DNA of 64,000 nt from Andalucia godoyi And28 (GCA_009859145.1 VRVR01000003.1:257315-321314), one strand, 5' to 3'; positions 11,601 to 20,983 are shown, numbered from the stretch's first letter. Notes: generated by a model not told the origin, from the sequence alone. Numbers and translations are program-made.

Positions 11601-12897
11601 ATTGCTGGCTGCTTGGGTGGTTGGTTTTGTTGCACTATTTGTGGTCATTGCAGGATCCAGTTTGAATGATGGTCTTGCTGGTCTTGTTCTCCTGTACTCC
11701 CAGTCGATGACGGGTCTGCTGAACTGGACTGTTCGCATGGCAACGGACTCCGAAGCCCAGATGAATTCTGTGGAGCGTCTGTTACATTTTTCAGACAACG
11801 TCCCTGTGGAGCCCGCTGCAGCTTTGGAAGCAGACGCCAAGGTTCCAGACAGCTGGCCATCGACTGGAAGTGTTGCATTTGACAGTGTCGTGATGTCGTA
11901 CCGGGAGGATCGCGATCCTGTTCTCCAAGGCGTTTCCTTTTCTGTGCAGGGAGGAGAAAAGATTGGTGTGGTTGGACGCACAGGCGCCGGAAAGTCGTCT
12001 CTTATGGTCGCGCTGTTCCGACTTTGCGAATTGCGTTCGGGATCCATCTCGATTGATGGCGTGGACATTGCAAAGATTGGATTGGATTTACTGCGAAAGC
12101 GCGCGCTGTGCATCATTCCTCAGGATCCCTTTCTGTTTTCAGGAACTGTCCGCTCCAATCTCGACCCGTTCGATGATCATGAGGATCAAGATGTCTGGCG
12201 GGCGCTTGAGCGTGCACATTTGAAAGACGTGGTGGCTGATCTTCCGTTAAAGCTCTCCGCCCCCGTTTCAGAATATGGTGGAAATTTTTCCACAGGCCAA
12301 CGTCAGTTGTTCTGCCTAGCGCGTGCGCTTCTTCGCCATGCACGTATCCTTGTTCTTGACGAGGCCACTGCATCCGTGGACGCCGACACCGATCGACTGA
12401 TCCAGCAAACCATCCGCACAGAATTCTCCGAATGTACAATCCTGACCATTGCGCACCGGTTGAATACGATCATTGATTATAGTCGAGTCATCGTGATGGA
12501 CAGCGGCAAGGTAGTAGAAATCGGAACACCGGCCGAACTGCTCGGTATGGATCCTCCTGGCGTGTTTGCGGGTATGATTGACCAGACTGGTGAACAGAGC
12601 GCACGTCATTTGCGGAGTGTTGCGATGCGAATATCGATCGACATCGGCCCCGTTGATGACGGCTCTGCTGCACCTGCTGACGTCAACGTAAGCGATATGA
12701 CCGCCGATGCTCAGTCTTCTGCATTGTTTGGGACAAATGCCGAAGCATCCGAGCAAATGACCTCCACTTTTTCGTCACCCACTCACCAGCACTCGGGTTC
12801 TCCAGCACACCCAGGCAGCGATGGTGAGCTTGAATGCGTGGCCGTGTCTGCTGCTTCTGGAACGGATGCTGAACAGCCTAATTCCCCCCACGCTTAG
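8692..12897 (+). CDS. ABCC/MRP-type ABC transporter
   Basis: TMD-NBD-TMD-NBD layout with Walker A motifs GSVGCGKS and GRTGAGKS and signatures LSGGQ and FSTGQ. The likely start is ATG 8692. Confidence 0.95.
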   Translation: MEEKSVKKQDLGLVPARKAKPEDEAGFVSRMFFAYLTPLMELGKQRPLEESDLARQPRKDDPEVVSAKFDAAWSQVLREDPPEKRSVTSALKIAYGKPFYISGILKFIYDALTFFQPISIGYIIAFVANPNPSYVGYIWVAALFVSMIIQAFVINVYFYRVMKSGMHARTGLVSAIYRKALVLSNAARQGMTVGEITTLMSVDTSKIEALAAFLHVIWSGCLQIVAALALLYVLLGPSTFAGFGMMLLLLPAQGRVTTILGKLRKETMRFTDKRVKTINEVMQGIRVIKFFAWESSFAQRILDIRAAEIVKVRASALVRAGNTALLMLSPTFVAVVTFEVYAASGNELTADIVFPALVLFNILRFPLMMLPMVIAGLAEAKVSVSRIGKFLQASELEASHVVQECTEANAAVFVSDAEFTWGAVKNNGKTSTAAFTAPSAASSPSSPNSPQDERRAATLRGINFQAPRGKLVAVVGSVGCGKSSLLSAILGEMQRNRGVVEISGSKAFVPQEAWIQNASLKDNILFGAPFDNDKYKRTIQVCALERDIEMLPAGDLTEIGERGINLSGGQKQRVNLARAVYADVDIYFLDDCLSAVDSHVGRHIFDQCISKELEKKTRILVTHQLQFVPRADLVVVMKEGEIVESGLPSELMHKENGLYQNMMLNYSGADASESAESAAAAVAADEGADVKKASVSASAAVAPVAKPADDAAKGKLVSQEDRETGTVSRKVAKGYLVAAGGVAMCSLIGVLYLIVQGFRVASDIWLAIWSADTLTFSAHQYMMVYGLLALGTGIFELAKGLTFAFAGVWAAISLHTNAMARVLRAKMSFIDATPVGRILNRFSKDVDTVDNVLPVSLQSFLNVFLMVFSFLIVICVIIPYFCIVLVPLLAIYYYEQEFYRHSSRELKRLDSVSRTPLYSHFSETLGGLSTIRAYGHQQDFAVQNNERLGRNLRAYWAQVLSQRWLGIRLELLAAWVVGFVALFVVIAGSSLNDGLAGLVLLYSQSMTGLLNWTVRMATDSEAQMNSVERLLHFSDNVPVEPAAALEADAKVPDSWPSTGSVAFDSVVMSYREDRDPVLQGVSFSVQGGEKIGVVGRTGAGKSSLMVALFRLCELRSGSISIDGVDIAKIGLDLLRKRALCIIPQDPFLFSGTVRSNLDPFDDHEDQDVWRALERAHLKDVVADLPLKLSAPVSEYGGNFSTGQRQLFCLARALLRHARILVLDEATASVDADTDRLIQQTIRTEFSECTILTIAHRLNTIIDYSRVIVMDSGKVVEIGTPAELLGMDPPGVFAGMIDQTGEQSARHLRSVAMRISIDIGPVDDGSAAPADVNVSDMTADAQSSALFGTNAEASEQMTSTFSSPTHQHSGSPAHPGSDGELECVAVSAASGTDAEQPNSPHA

Positions 12898-12904
12898 AGA
12901 GAGA

Positions 12905-12932
12905 GTGTGTGTGTGTGTGCGTGTGTGTGTGT
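12905..12932 (+). repeat. (TG)n microsatellite
   Basis: Visible GT dinucleotide run just after the ABCC stop. Confidence 0.9.
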
Positions 12933-13588
12933 ACTTTCCCCGATGTTAAACGCCCGTCCTCAATTCTGAACTTCCCACCTCCGCTTACTACCTTCTAACT
13001 GAAACCTCACCCCAGATTTTTGGCGTTCCCACAGCAGCATCAGTCCAACAAGTAGCTTTACCTTGGGAGACTGACGAGTCTGCACAACAACAGAGTAAAA
13101 AATCCACCATACTGCCATCGAAACAACAGTACTGGCACAAACGTATCAGCAACTACTGTCATTCGCATCGTGTTCTACCAGAATGGAGGGACATTTTCCT
13201 GGAAAACGGATGGTCAGGTGGTAGAGAAGAAGCGCACGACAGCGCATGAGTGAGTTAGCACACCACCTTTGCATTGAACCGCGACCTGCACACCACTGCC
13301 GCGACGGTGGAGACAACTACGCAAATGGCGTGCGGCTGCAAGCGGCTGCGTCGCACCACGGATAGATGACAGTCTCTTGGTTGTTTTGGTCGACCCTCAA
13401 TTTTAACAACAGGGAATCCGCAGCTGCCAACTCAGCCATGCTATCCGCAGACACCCAAAACGGGCCGAACACGTGAAGATTTGGGTTGGGGCCTGGAGGG
13501 TAGCGTACTGTACGCAAGACTCAGCAAAAAGTGCCTGACAGTCCGTAACTCAGCGTTTCGAAGCTCTGTGTGCCGAGACCAAACATAA

Positions 13589-13690
13589 CGCCTACACTAT
13601 ACACTGAACATGCGTATCTACGAATAGACATGCATATTCAATCTTGCATCCCGTTGCCGGGAAGGGTATAGGCCCCCAACAGGCCTTGCT
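13589..13690 (-). ncRNA. Putative omegaRNA scaffold of copy B1 (the guide would be the flank 13569-13588)
   Basis: Hairpins UCCCG-GCAA-CGGGA (13649-13662) and GCAUGUCUA-UUCG-UAGAUACGC (13612-13633), immediately upstream of the element end. Confidence 0.6.
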
Positions 13691-14149
13691 GGCGTTCTTC
13701 AGATAGATGTTCCGCGCTCCGTTCCCAATCTCGATCAATCGGTGAGCCACTTTCTCAGCGTGGCACGTTGTTCCTGAGAAGGGTGCATTTTGATTCTGAC
13801 GGCCCTAGCAGCAGGCATAGCGACACGTGGTCTCTTAGGAGGTCTGCGGGACCTAGGAGGCCCTGCATCGATCGGCGTAGGCGTAGGCGTAGGCGAATGC
13901 GTCATCCCAGCGCACTCACGCCCATATTTGAATTAATAAAGTGAAACCAACAAATGATAGAATAGATGGCTACGGATGCTGCGTTAAAGAGTGTCGAATA
14001 TGCGGAGCCTGTGTCACAGGCTGAATTCTGGCCGAGCGTGCGTAAGCACGAATGTCTGTGAAGCAAACGTGCTAGTGTCGACCAATATCGACCGTGTCTG
14101 TTTATGTGTGCTTCCATATGCATGACAATCACGTGTTATTATTCAACGG
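13589..14149 (-). mobile_element. Non-autonomous Fanzor2/IS607-TnpB derivative, family B copy 1
   Basis: 561 bp homologous to 31894-32522 with sharp shared boundaries. It encodes PAARAVRIKMHPSQEQRATLRKWL (13744-13815) next to DRDW/NGARNIYLKN (13694-13736). Confidence 0.9.
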
Positions 14150-14228
14150 AACCGAAAACACAACAAGACGAGAGAATCGAGTCGATAACAAATACAAAAA
14201 GTAATAGAAATAATAGAAGCAGACAAAA

Positions 14229-14762
14229 ATGCAAGCATCCGGATTCCCTGCTCCTCCAGCGCACTATCGCGAATACGAGTCTGGAGAGACTCCATATGGA
14301 ACCACTGCTCCCAGTGTTCCTCTTGTCATTTTTGGTGAGACTCGAAAGCCCGTTCCGTGGCCGGACAGTGCTTCCAATCACAGCACCATTTCATTTCTTT
14401 CCGAGACTCTTGCTCCAAGAGAGACACCAGTTGAGGGTGATCTAAGACCGAAATTGCACGAGTTGCTGAGTTTTCTTATTCAGACTTATGCGAAACTCAT
14501 TGCGCCGTCTGCAGCGACATCGACGACCACCGCGGCATTGCTGACGACGGCCGAGAACACAATGTATGAGATTTATCATGTTCTGAACGCGTATCGGCCG
14601 CGAATGGCCCGAGCACAGGCTCTTGATCTTATCACTGCGCAGATCACACACGTGTCCAACACCCTCGATTCTTGCTCTGCCGCACTGCACAATGTCCAAG
14701 TCATGGTGCAGTCCGCGTATGAAACCGAAAACGCCGCGTCCTTGAACGCCAGCGAGTCGTAA
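14229..14762 (+). CDS. MED7: Mediator subunit 7
   Basis: FPAPPAHY N-terminus and YHVLNAYRPRMARAQ, matching the MED7 H..LN.YRP.QAR motif. Confidence 0.85.
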   Translation: MQASGFPAPPAHYREYESGETPYGTTAPSVPLVIFGETRKPVPWPDSASNHSTISFLSETLAPRETPVEGDLRPKLHELLSFLIQTYAKLIAPSAATSTTTAALLTTAENTMYEIYHVLNAYRPRMARAQALDLITAQITHVSNTLDSCSAALHNVQVMVQSAYETENAASLNASES

Positions 14763-14956
14763 CCAGCCGAGCTGATCATTGGATGTGTGTATATATTCGT
14801 ACTCCGATTTCCTAACTCCTATGTTTCCTGTTTATTATTGTAAAAAACTCATGCTTCGCTGGCGTTGCGACACGAGCAATCTCTGTTTTTTGGGTGGTCT
14901 TTTATTTGCTTGGCGTGTTTTTTTTTTCACTTTTTACTTTTTGCAAGATGCTTGTT

Positions 14957-15328
14957 CTAAAAGACATGAACGAGGTCGTACATCAGAGTCCACGATAGAA
15001 TGAACGTGAGAAGCGGCGATGTAAAGTCGGAAAACCAGCTCGAGGAGGAAGTCAGCAATGGAGCAGGCTTGCCGAGTTTGAGATGGATTCTTCTGCTCCA
15101 CATATTCTTCAAGAACGCACAAGATACGAAATGGCACACAATGAACACAGCTATGCCCGGAATCCCTTCGAGGCCAAACACACCCGTCACAGACCCAACC
15201 ACAAGCGAAGAAAATATCAGCGCTCGGTCGAGAAGCTGCCGATTTGCATCCAGAATTTCCGGAACTATCTGGTCAACGCTTATGCTGCTGCTGCTGCTGC
15301 TCCTCGTTGTGTTCGACCTATTTGACAT
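14957..15328 (-). CDS. EMC6: ER membrane complex subunit 6
   Basis: GSVTGVFGLEG and the C-terminus LTFILSWTLMYDLVHVF are typical of EMC6. The start is taken at the second Met. Confidence 0.85.
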   Translation of the reverse strand: MSNRSNTTRSSSSSSISVDQIVPEILDANRQLLDRALIFSSLVVGSVTGVFGLEGIPGIAVFIVCHFVSCAFLKNMWSRRIHLKLGKPAPLLTSSSSWFSDFTSPLLTFILSWTLMYDLVHVF

Positions 15329-15617
15329 TTTCTTGTTCCCCTCCACGAACAATTTTTTTCCGTAAAGCGCGACCTTTCTGGATTCCGACTCGGAATGCGA
15401 ATGCACGGAAATGCTGCAACTTGCAAGCTTCCCGATCGACCCATCGATCCACTGCCAACACCAGCGGCAAGGGAAAAGCCAAAACTACAACCGCGATCGA
15501 AAAGAAGAAGAAAAAAAAAACAGGTGGCAGTTCGGGACAGTGGTGCATCTTAGAGGGGACATAATAAGAGCACGACGCGAAATTTATGTGCGAGTGTACA
15601 AGCATCCATACATGCAA

Positions 15618-17846
15618 TTACGGAATACGGGACTTGGCACGACGGGAATCTCGCATGAGCCTGGAGGCGGCGATTTTGAGAGAAAGAGACGAGAGCGAAA
15701 AGTCTTTGGTGCTCGTGATGCGGAGACTGTGCATGACTGCGTCGGGAATGCGCTCCAACGGGCGCGGATGGGGCCCGTACAACACCAAGCCGTTTCGATC
15801 GTACACGCACCCATGCGCACGACACAGCCAGTGTGCATCCACCTTGTCCCAGAAAAGCTGACAGACAGTGGGGGGCGGCGCTGAGGACGAAGGAGGAACG
15901 AGGGGCTGCGTGGCGTTTAGCGACGGAACCCTCAGAGCTACAAATGCGGATTCGTCTGGTTCTCCAGATCGCGATATTGCCCAGATTTCATTCTCCTCCT
16001 CTTCCTTTTCCTGCTGCAAGACCTCGTCCATCTCGCTCCGCCTTCGACCAGACGCCAACGACGCCGCGACACGGACAAGACACCCGTCTCCGACATTCAG
16101 ATTTTCGATGGCCTCGGAAAACGATGGCAGTTCACTGGTGCTGGGTATGAAAGGTGCTTGCTCGCTGATAAGATCCTGTGACATCGTCCTAGATGGGGAA
16201 TGAAACTTTAGCTTGTTCGCTAAGCTCTTTTCGGTCTGTGAATCCAGTCGAGAGAAGGACAGCAGACGCCCCCACGACGAGACTTTCTGGAGGATTGAAG
16301 GTATTTTCGAGACCTGCAAAACCTCGGAAAGTGCTCGATAGGCAAGCAGTCTGCCCGCTACGCTGCCCCAAGTGAGCCCGTAAGGTCCAAATCCAGTTGC
16401 AAAGCCGATTCCGTCGCAGATGTCCACGATCGGCAGACCATCGGACGTGGAAAAGGACTCGGACACCCAGCGGGATTGCACAATGTCTAATCCCCACCCA
16501 CGATCAATCAAAGCCTGGAGGGCGTCGTACTGCACATCCGGGAGCTGAGAGTGCGGTTGAGTGACCTTGCACGGTGTCGAGTAAGCAAGCAAGTTTCTGC
16601 CGACCCAACGGAAATTGACGAACGTGGACTTTGATTCGCACTCGTAATCTGCAGTGATCGGCTCCACATACAAGTTGGTCAAGACCACAGGGAAACTGGG
16701 AAATACAGAGTGCGCAGCCTCCAGAGACGGGTCAGCCAGTCCGGCCTCCACGCGATCTGCACTGCTTGTTGGGAGAAGGCGGCACGCAATGACGGTATTG
16801 GTCACGGTTCGTAACGATTGAGAGATGCGAGAAATCACAGCCAACGGGTTTTGGTGCGAGTGGATAGGGGTGTGGGTGGCGAGCACGATAAACTTGCAGC
16901 GAACCGTGCTGCCATCTTCAATCTCCACAAACCAAGGATACTGTGCGGCAGCAATATCTGGATGATGAGAAGTAGCGTCTTTGTCGGCTATGCGGCCAAA
17001 GTCAACGACGCGGGACTGATGAAACACCCTAGAACCGTTTCGCTTAATTCGCGTCACAAACGAGAACATAAGCTTGATCGGATGCACGGCAGCCTGGTTT
17101 CGAATCACTGTGCTTTGAACGGGCAGCTTGAAATTCCGAAAGGCCGTTGCAACCTTTTCATGCTCCACGCTGGGAAGCTCTGCAATATCTAAGCCAATGG
17201 CCTTGAGATAAGCTTGCTGCTCCTGGGGGTTTGGGGTATCTGGGCGGTGCAACGTTGTGAGTAAGAAATCGCTGCGTTGGAACACGGGAGCAAGACCTGC
17301 TGCTGCATCACTGCAATCAACCTCGATTGTCTCCAAGTAGTCAATGGAATCCGCAAGAAGTTGCCGAACCTGTGATTCGGTTTCAAAATCTGCGTGTGCT
17401 GATGCGGACGAAGTCGGATGCCTGCGGAACAAGCGGCTTGGGAAAGGAACTGATGTCAAGATTCCACACGAGTGATGCGTTGCTCCTTGCGTGCCCATCA
17501 TCCGTGATTCGACAACCGCCACCTTCACTCCACAATTACTGAGCTCTAGTGCGCATGAGAGACCGGTGATCCCTCCTCCGACGACGCACACGTCTGCAGT
17601 GATGTCACCGACCAACCGGCGAATCGTTTCTGCCGGGAAAGATCCAACCAAGTCCGAGCTCCACAAACACGACTTTGACACCGGTCGATGGTAGTCATCC
17701 CCATTATGGGGCAGCAGTTCTTGGTCCAGCAGTAACTGCTTCCGTTGTTCCTTCTCTACAGGATCAAAGTTCTGTGACATTTTCGATTGTGGCTGAACGG
17801 ACTTTCGGTTCCTCTCTACCTGAGCGGCCAACGGAAAAAAATGCAA
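15618..17846 (-). CDS. FAD-dependent oxidoreductase (DAO family) with a C-terminal Rieske-like region, YhfW-like
   Basis: DVCVVGGGITGLS FAD motif, ATGFGPYGLTWG, and CRAHGCVYDRNG..LYGP.PRPL. Confidence 0.8.
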   Translation of the reverse strand: MHFFPLAAQVERNRKSVQPQSKMSQNFDPVEKEQRKQLLLDQELLPHNGDDYHRPVSKSCLWSSDLVGSFPAETIRRLVGDITADVCVVGGGITGLSCALELSNCGVKVAVVESRMMGTQGATHHSCGILTSVPFPSRLFRRHPTSSASAHADFETESQVRQLLADSIDYLETIEVDCSDAAAGLAPVFQRSDFLLTTLHRPDTPNPQEQQAYLKAIGLDIAELPSVEHEKVATAFRNFKLPVQSTVIRNQAAVHPIKLMFSFVTRIKRNGSRVFHQSRVVDFGRIADKDATSHHPDIAAAQYPWFVEIEDGSTVRCKFIVLATHTPIHSHQNPLAVISRISQSLRTVTNTVIACRLLPTSSADRVEAGLADPSLEAAHSVFPSFPVVLTNLYVEPITADYECESKSTFVNFRWVGRNLLAYSTPCKVTQPHSQLPDVQYDALQALIDRGWGLDIVQSRWVSESFSTSDGLPIVDICDGIGFATGFGPYGLTWGSVAGRLLAYRALSEVLQVSKIPSILQKVSSWGRLLSFSRLDSQTEKSLANKLKFHSPSRTMSQDLISEQAPFIPSTSELPSFSEAIENLNVGDGCLVRVAASLASGRRRSEMDEVLQQEKEEEENEIWAISRSGEPDESAFVALRVPSLNATQPLVPPSSSAPPPTVCQLFWDKVDAHWLCRAHGCVYDRNGLVLYGPHPRPLERIPDAVMHSLRITSTKDFSLSSLSLKIAASRLMRDSRRAKSRIP

Positions 17847-18480
17847 ATATACAATAATAACCTAATAAACGAATTTGCAGAACGCACATTCCTGAAGGAA
17901 GCAGTGCTGTGTGATACTTGGGTGATAAAAAAGTCTTTTCTTTTTATTATCATTATTATTAAATCTGAGCTTGTCGATTGAAGTGTGTTGTCGAACTTCC
18001 AGTACTACTTGCAAGTTTCGTGCGTATCGCGCACGTTCGACAAACGCACAAGATCATGTTCTTTTTCCTCCACCAATGCGTCCGCCTTTTCTCGACGACT
18101 CCAATTTTGTTTTGATGCACATTGTGGTTTTTGCTTTCTGGCGGAACCACAGAGGTCTGTTGAACACTTATGAGGGTCGCTCCAGACATGCACGACGACG
18201 ATCTCTGTCGCTGATCGTCATCATGTTCGCAGGAAGTCGCAATGTCCGTCACTTTGGAACAGAGGCGACTTGAACGGCGATAGTGATATTATTAATTTTA
18301 ATTCTTAAAAATGATGTGTTTGTATTTACTATTCAACTGTTCTGGCATGCTGCAATGTGCACAGCTTGTTGCACACAACCTTGCCCTTTGCCTAGCGCAA
18401 TCTTCTTGCAAGGATGCTTCTTCTTTTCTTTTTTTCTTTCTTTTTTTTTCCTTTTCTTGCTTGCTTACTTCTGCTTCTTG

Positions 18481-19649
18481 TTATCTTTTCTGGACAATGC
18501 GTGCATTCTTAAGAAATGATGGTAGTATATCATCGTCGTCGCCGTCGTCATTATACACGACAGTGCTCTTTTCATCTCTATTATCTTTCACCGCGATCTT
18601 TTCCATTTCTGATTCTTTGGTGGATAACGAATCCGAAGACATGGATCGCTTCGGAGCCTTCCAAACCATTGATCCTGGATTCTGTCTTTTCCTATTCATC
18701 ATAAGCATTCTCTGCTGTTTTTCATTCTGGATCTGTTCTTTGCGCTGTTGTCTCTCCAGAAGTCGAGCCGACCGCTCTTCTGCAAGAACGTCTGCAGACT
18801 TGAAAACATGCTCGTCCGGACAATTCGCATCAAAACACTCACCCCGGAGAAACTTGGCACAAACTGGCCGAAAGACGTTCTTCAAAGGGCTACCTCCAGG
18901 TGCAGGAACAGACGCAGCAGGATTTGGCACAACCAACAACGACGCAGACGCGGGCGCGGAGGACGCTGACAGTGCTGGGGAGGCAGTTGATGAAGACATC
19001 CCACACCTGCACCATTCCTGGCTCGTGGTATCCGTCAGCGCGCTCGGTCTTGCGACGGAAGCCGATGAAGAAGGCGGGTTTTGTTGACGAGAACTGCAGC
19101 ATCATTTCCACGGTTTTTTTTGTTTTTTTTGTTTTGTTGAAATACATTATAGCATAGCACAAGACAACATTCCGGAATGCAAAAAAAGAAGGGGGGGGAA
19201 AAAACGACGGCGACAACAACAACATGGAACATGAAAAAAAAAAAAGACATTTGAAACCATTAATCGAAAGCCACAAAGACAAGAGGACAAGAGAAAGGAA
19301 GGAACCAAGAAACGTACGCGACGGCGGCTTTCAGTTTCTGCAGTGCGGAAGCCTGAGCCTTTAGTTTTTCGATTCGTTTTCGAGCTGTGAGTAAGGTTAC
19401 GATCCGCGTCATTTGTTTGACAACTTGCAGCTTCTCAGACGACATTTTCCCTGATACTGTCTTGTTGTTTTCTTCTTCTTCCTCTTCTGATGGCTCCTGT
19501 CTGCATGGTGCAGTCCGTGCAGGATTTGGGTCGCTTTCTAACGGCTTCTCTGCGTTGCCGCTATCAACATCAACATCACCATCACCATGACCTTCTTCTT
19601 GTCTCGGATTCACACAATCTTCAATAGGAACCCTTTCTCTCTCTTCCAT
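18481..19649 (-). CDS. CCCH zinc-finger protein, 2 exons: 19318-19649 and 18481-19093
   Basis: A GTACGT..CTGCAG intron at 19094-19317 joins the two ORFs in phase 2. CAKFLRGECFDANCPDEH is a CCCH motif. Confidence 0.7.
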
Positions 19650-19660
19650 ATTCCAAACGA

Positions 19661-19692
19661 ATCCAATCCAATCCAATCCAATCCAATCCAAC
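19661..19692 (+). repeat. (AATCC)n pentanucleotide microsatellite
   Basis: About 6 tandem AATCC units upstream of the CCCH gene. Confidence 0.85.
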
Positions 19693-19868
19693 CAAATCTA
19701 GTCAGGAAAAAGAAATTTGAATAAAATCAAGAACAATGAAGACCTACTGCGATAATCGTACTCCACACTATCATTTTGGTCGGGTTTGCCGAACTCGCCA
19801 GCATCAAAGCCGCTGCCGCTTATCTATTGCGATACGGTGTGATGAAGCAATCTACAGCGCACGTAAAT

Positions 19869-20482
19869 CAACTCCGTCCACACGATGCCCGATTCGTTTC
19901 GTCCCATTTTGATCATGAATTCGCTATAAACACGCAGCCGCGTTGCATTCTCGCACAGCGACGCTCATTTCTTATTTTTATTTTTGTTGTTATTGTCCAT
20001 GCAACGCACCATGTACGTCACGCCCGCAACGCTGCGCAAGACCCATGACAATCTCCACCGCCACCTTCCGGCGCTGGGCCGCCGCCAGGAAAGATCGCCA
20101 AGGCGACAACGACGTGGCAGATGTTGACGCGGGGCCATTATCAATTCCAACAGCGGATGCTCTGCAAATCGCGCGAATTCGCGGGGCGGCAGGCGTCGAT
20201 TGTGACTTGTGACGGAGGTGTGCACGTCTAAAACATGCGGCCGTTGCGCGGAAATCCATCGCAAGCTGTGTGGAAACAAGGTGTGTTTTGTTGCCCATCG
20301 TGCACATGCATGAGCGACCACGATTGGAACGGTGCACCCGACATCTATCTTGAGAACGTCTCTCATGCCGAGGGGCATGTTGTGGCCTACCCCGTTCCCA
20401 ATCATGCTGTGCATGTCGGGTTGCAACATTGATTATGGGTGATCAGCGACGATTGTCCGTGGGTTAGTGTACAATGTAGGCG
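19869..20482 (+). mobile_element. Non-autonomous Fanzor2/IS607-TnpB derivative, family A copy 2
   Basis: Bases 20091-20357 translate, with two compensating frameshifts, to KIAKATTTWQMLTRGHYQFQQRMLCKSREF...VTCD/EVCTSKTCGRCAEIHRKLCGNKV/FCCPSC...SDHDWNGAPDIYL. Confidence 0.9.
20372..20482 (+). ncRNA. Putative omegaRNA scaffold of copy A2 (the guide would be the flank 20483-20502)
   Basis: Same position and motifs as in A1. CCCAATCA can pair with TGATTATGGG to form a bulged stem. Confidence 0.5.
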
Positions 20483-20983
20483 AATAACAATACTATATGT
20501 ACAAACTAAATAAATAAAAAAGCAGCAGGTGAGGAAACAAATATGGGGCTATTCACGAGCTTGTCGCACAAAGACGAATGGTCCGCGCAACCTTTCCATC
20601 ATGTGAGACAAACGGACATTTTGCGACATCCCCAATCCAGCTTGTTTCATCAACGAATCAAGGCCATTTCGTGTCAATAGTCAGTACGCATGGACGCGGA
20701 ATCCGGGATCCTTCGTCCATGAACGGTGGAAACGTTCACGCCTGCAAGAACCACGGAGCCAGATAAACGTAGCACTCGGTGGAATACGAAAAAGGAAGGA
20801 AAGCCAGGTTTTTACATGTGCCCGGAAGGAATATTGACACTTCTTGCTGTGGAGAGTGCGTGCAAAAAACCGACGAGAATGGTGGGTGGAATTACAAAAA
20901 AACGGGTCTCGGAAACCCTGCTTGCTGGAGAGATTGGAAAAGGGGGCAGACAGAGAGTGGTTTCGACGCCGTACCTTTTACAT

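Noticed and set aside
5150-20482. A composite transposon with 614-bp terminal inverted repeats carrying 14 kb of cargo
   Set aside because: Each repeat is a self-contained element with its own two ends. The enclosed genes include ordinary housekeeping genes (MED7, EMC6), and there is no transposase or outer TSD.
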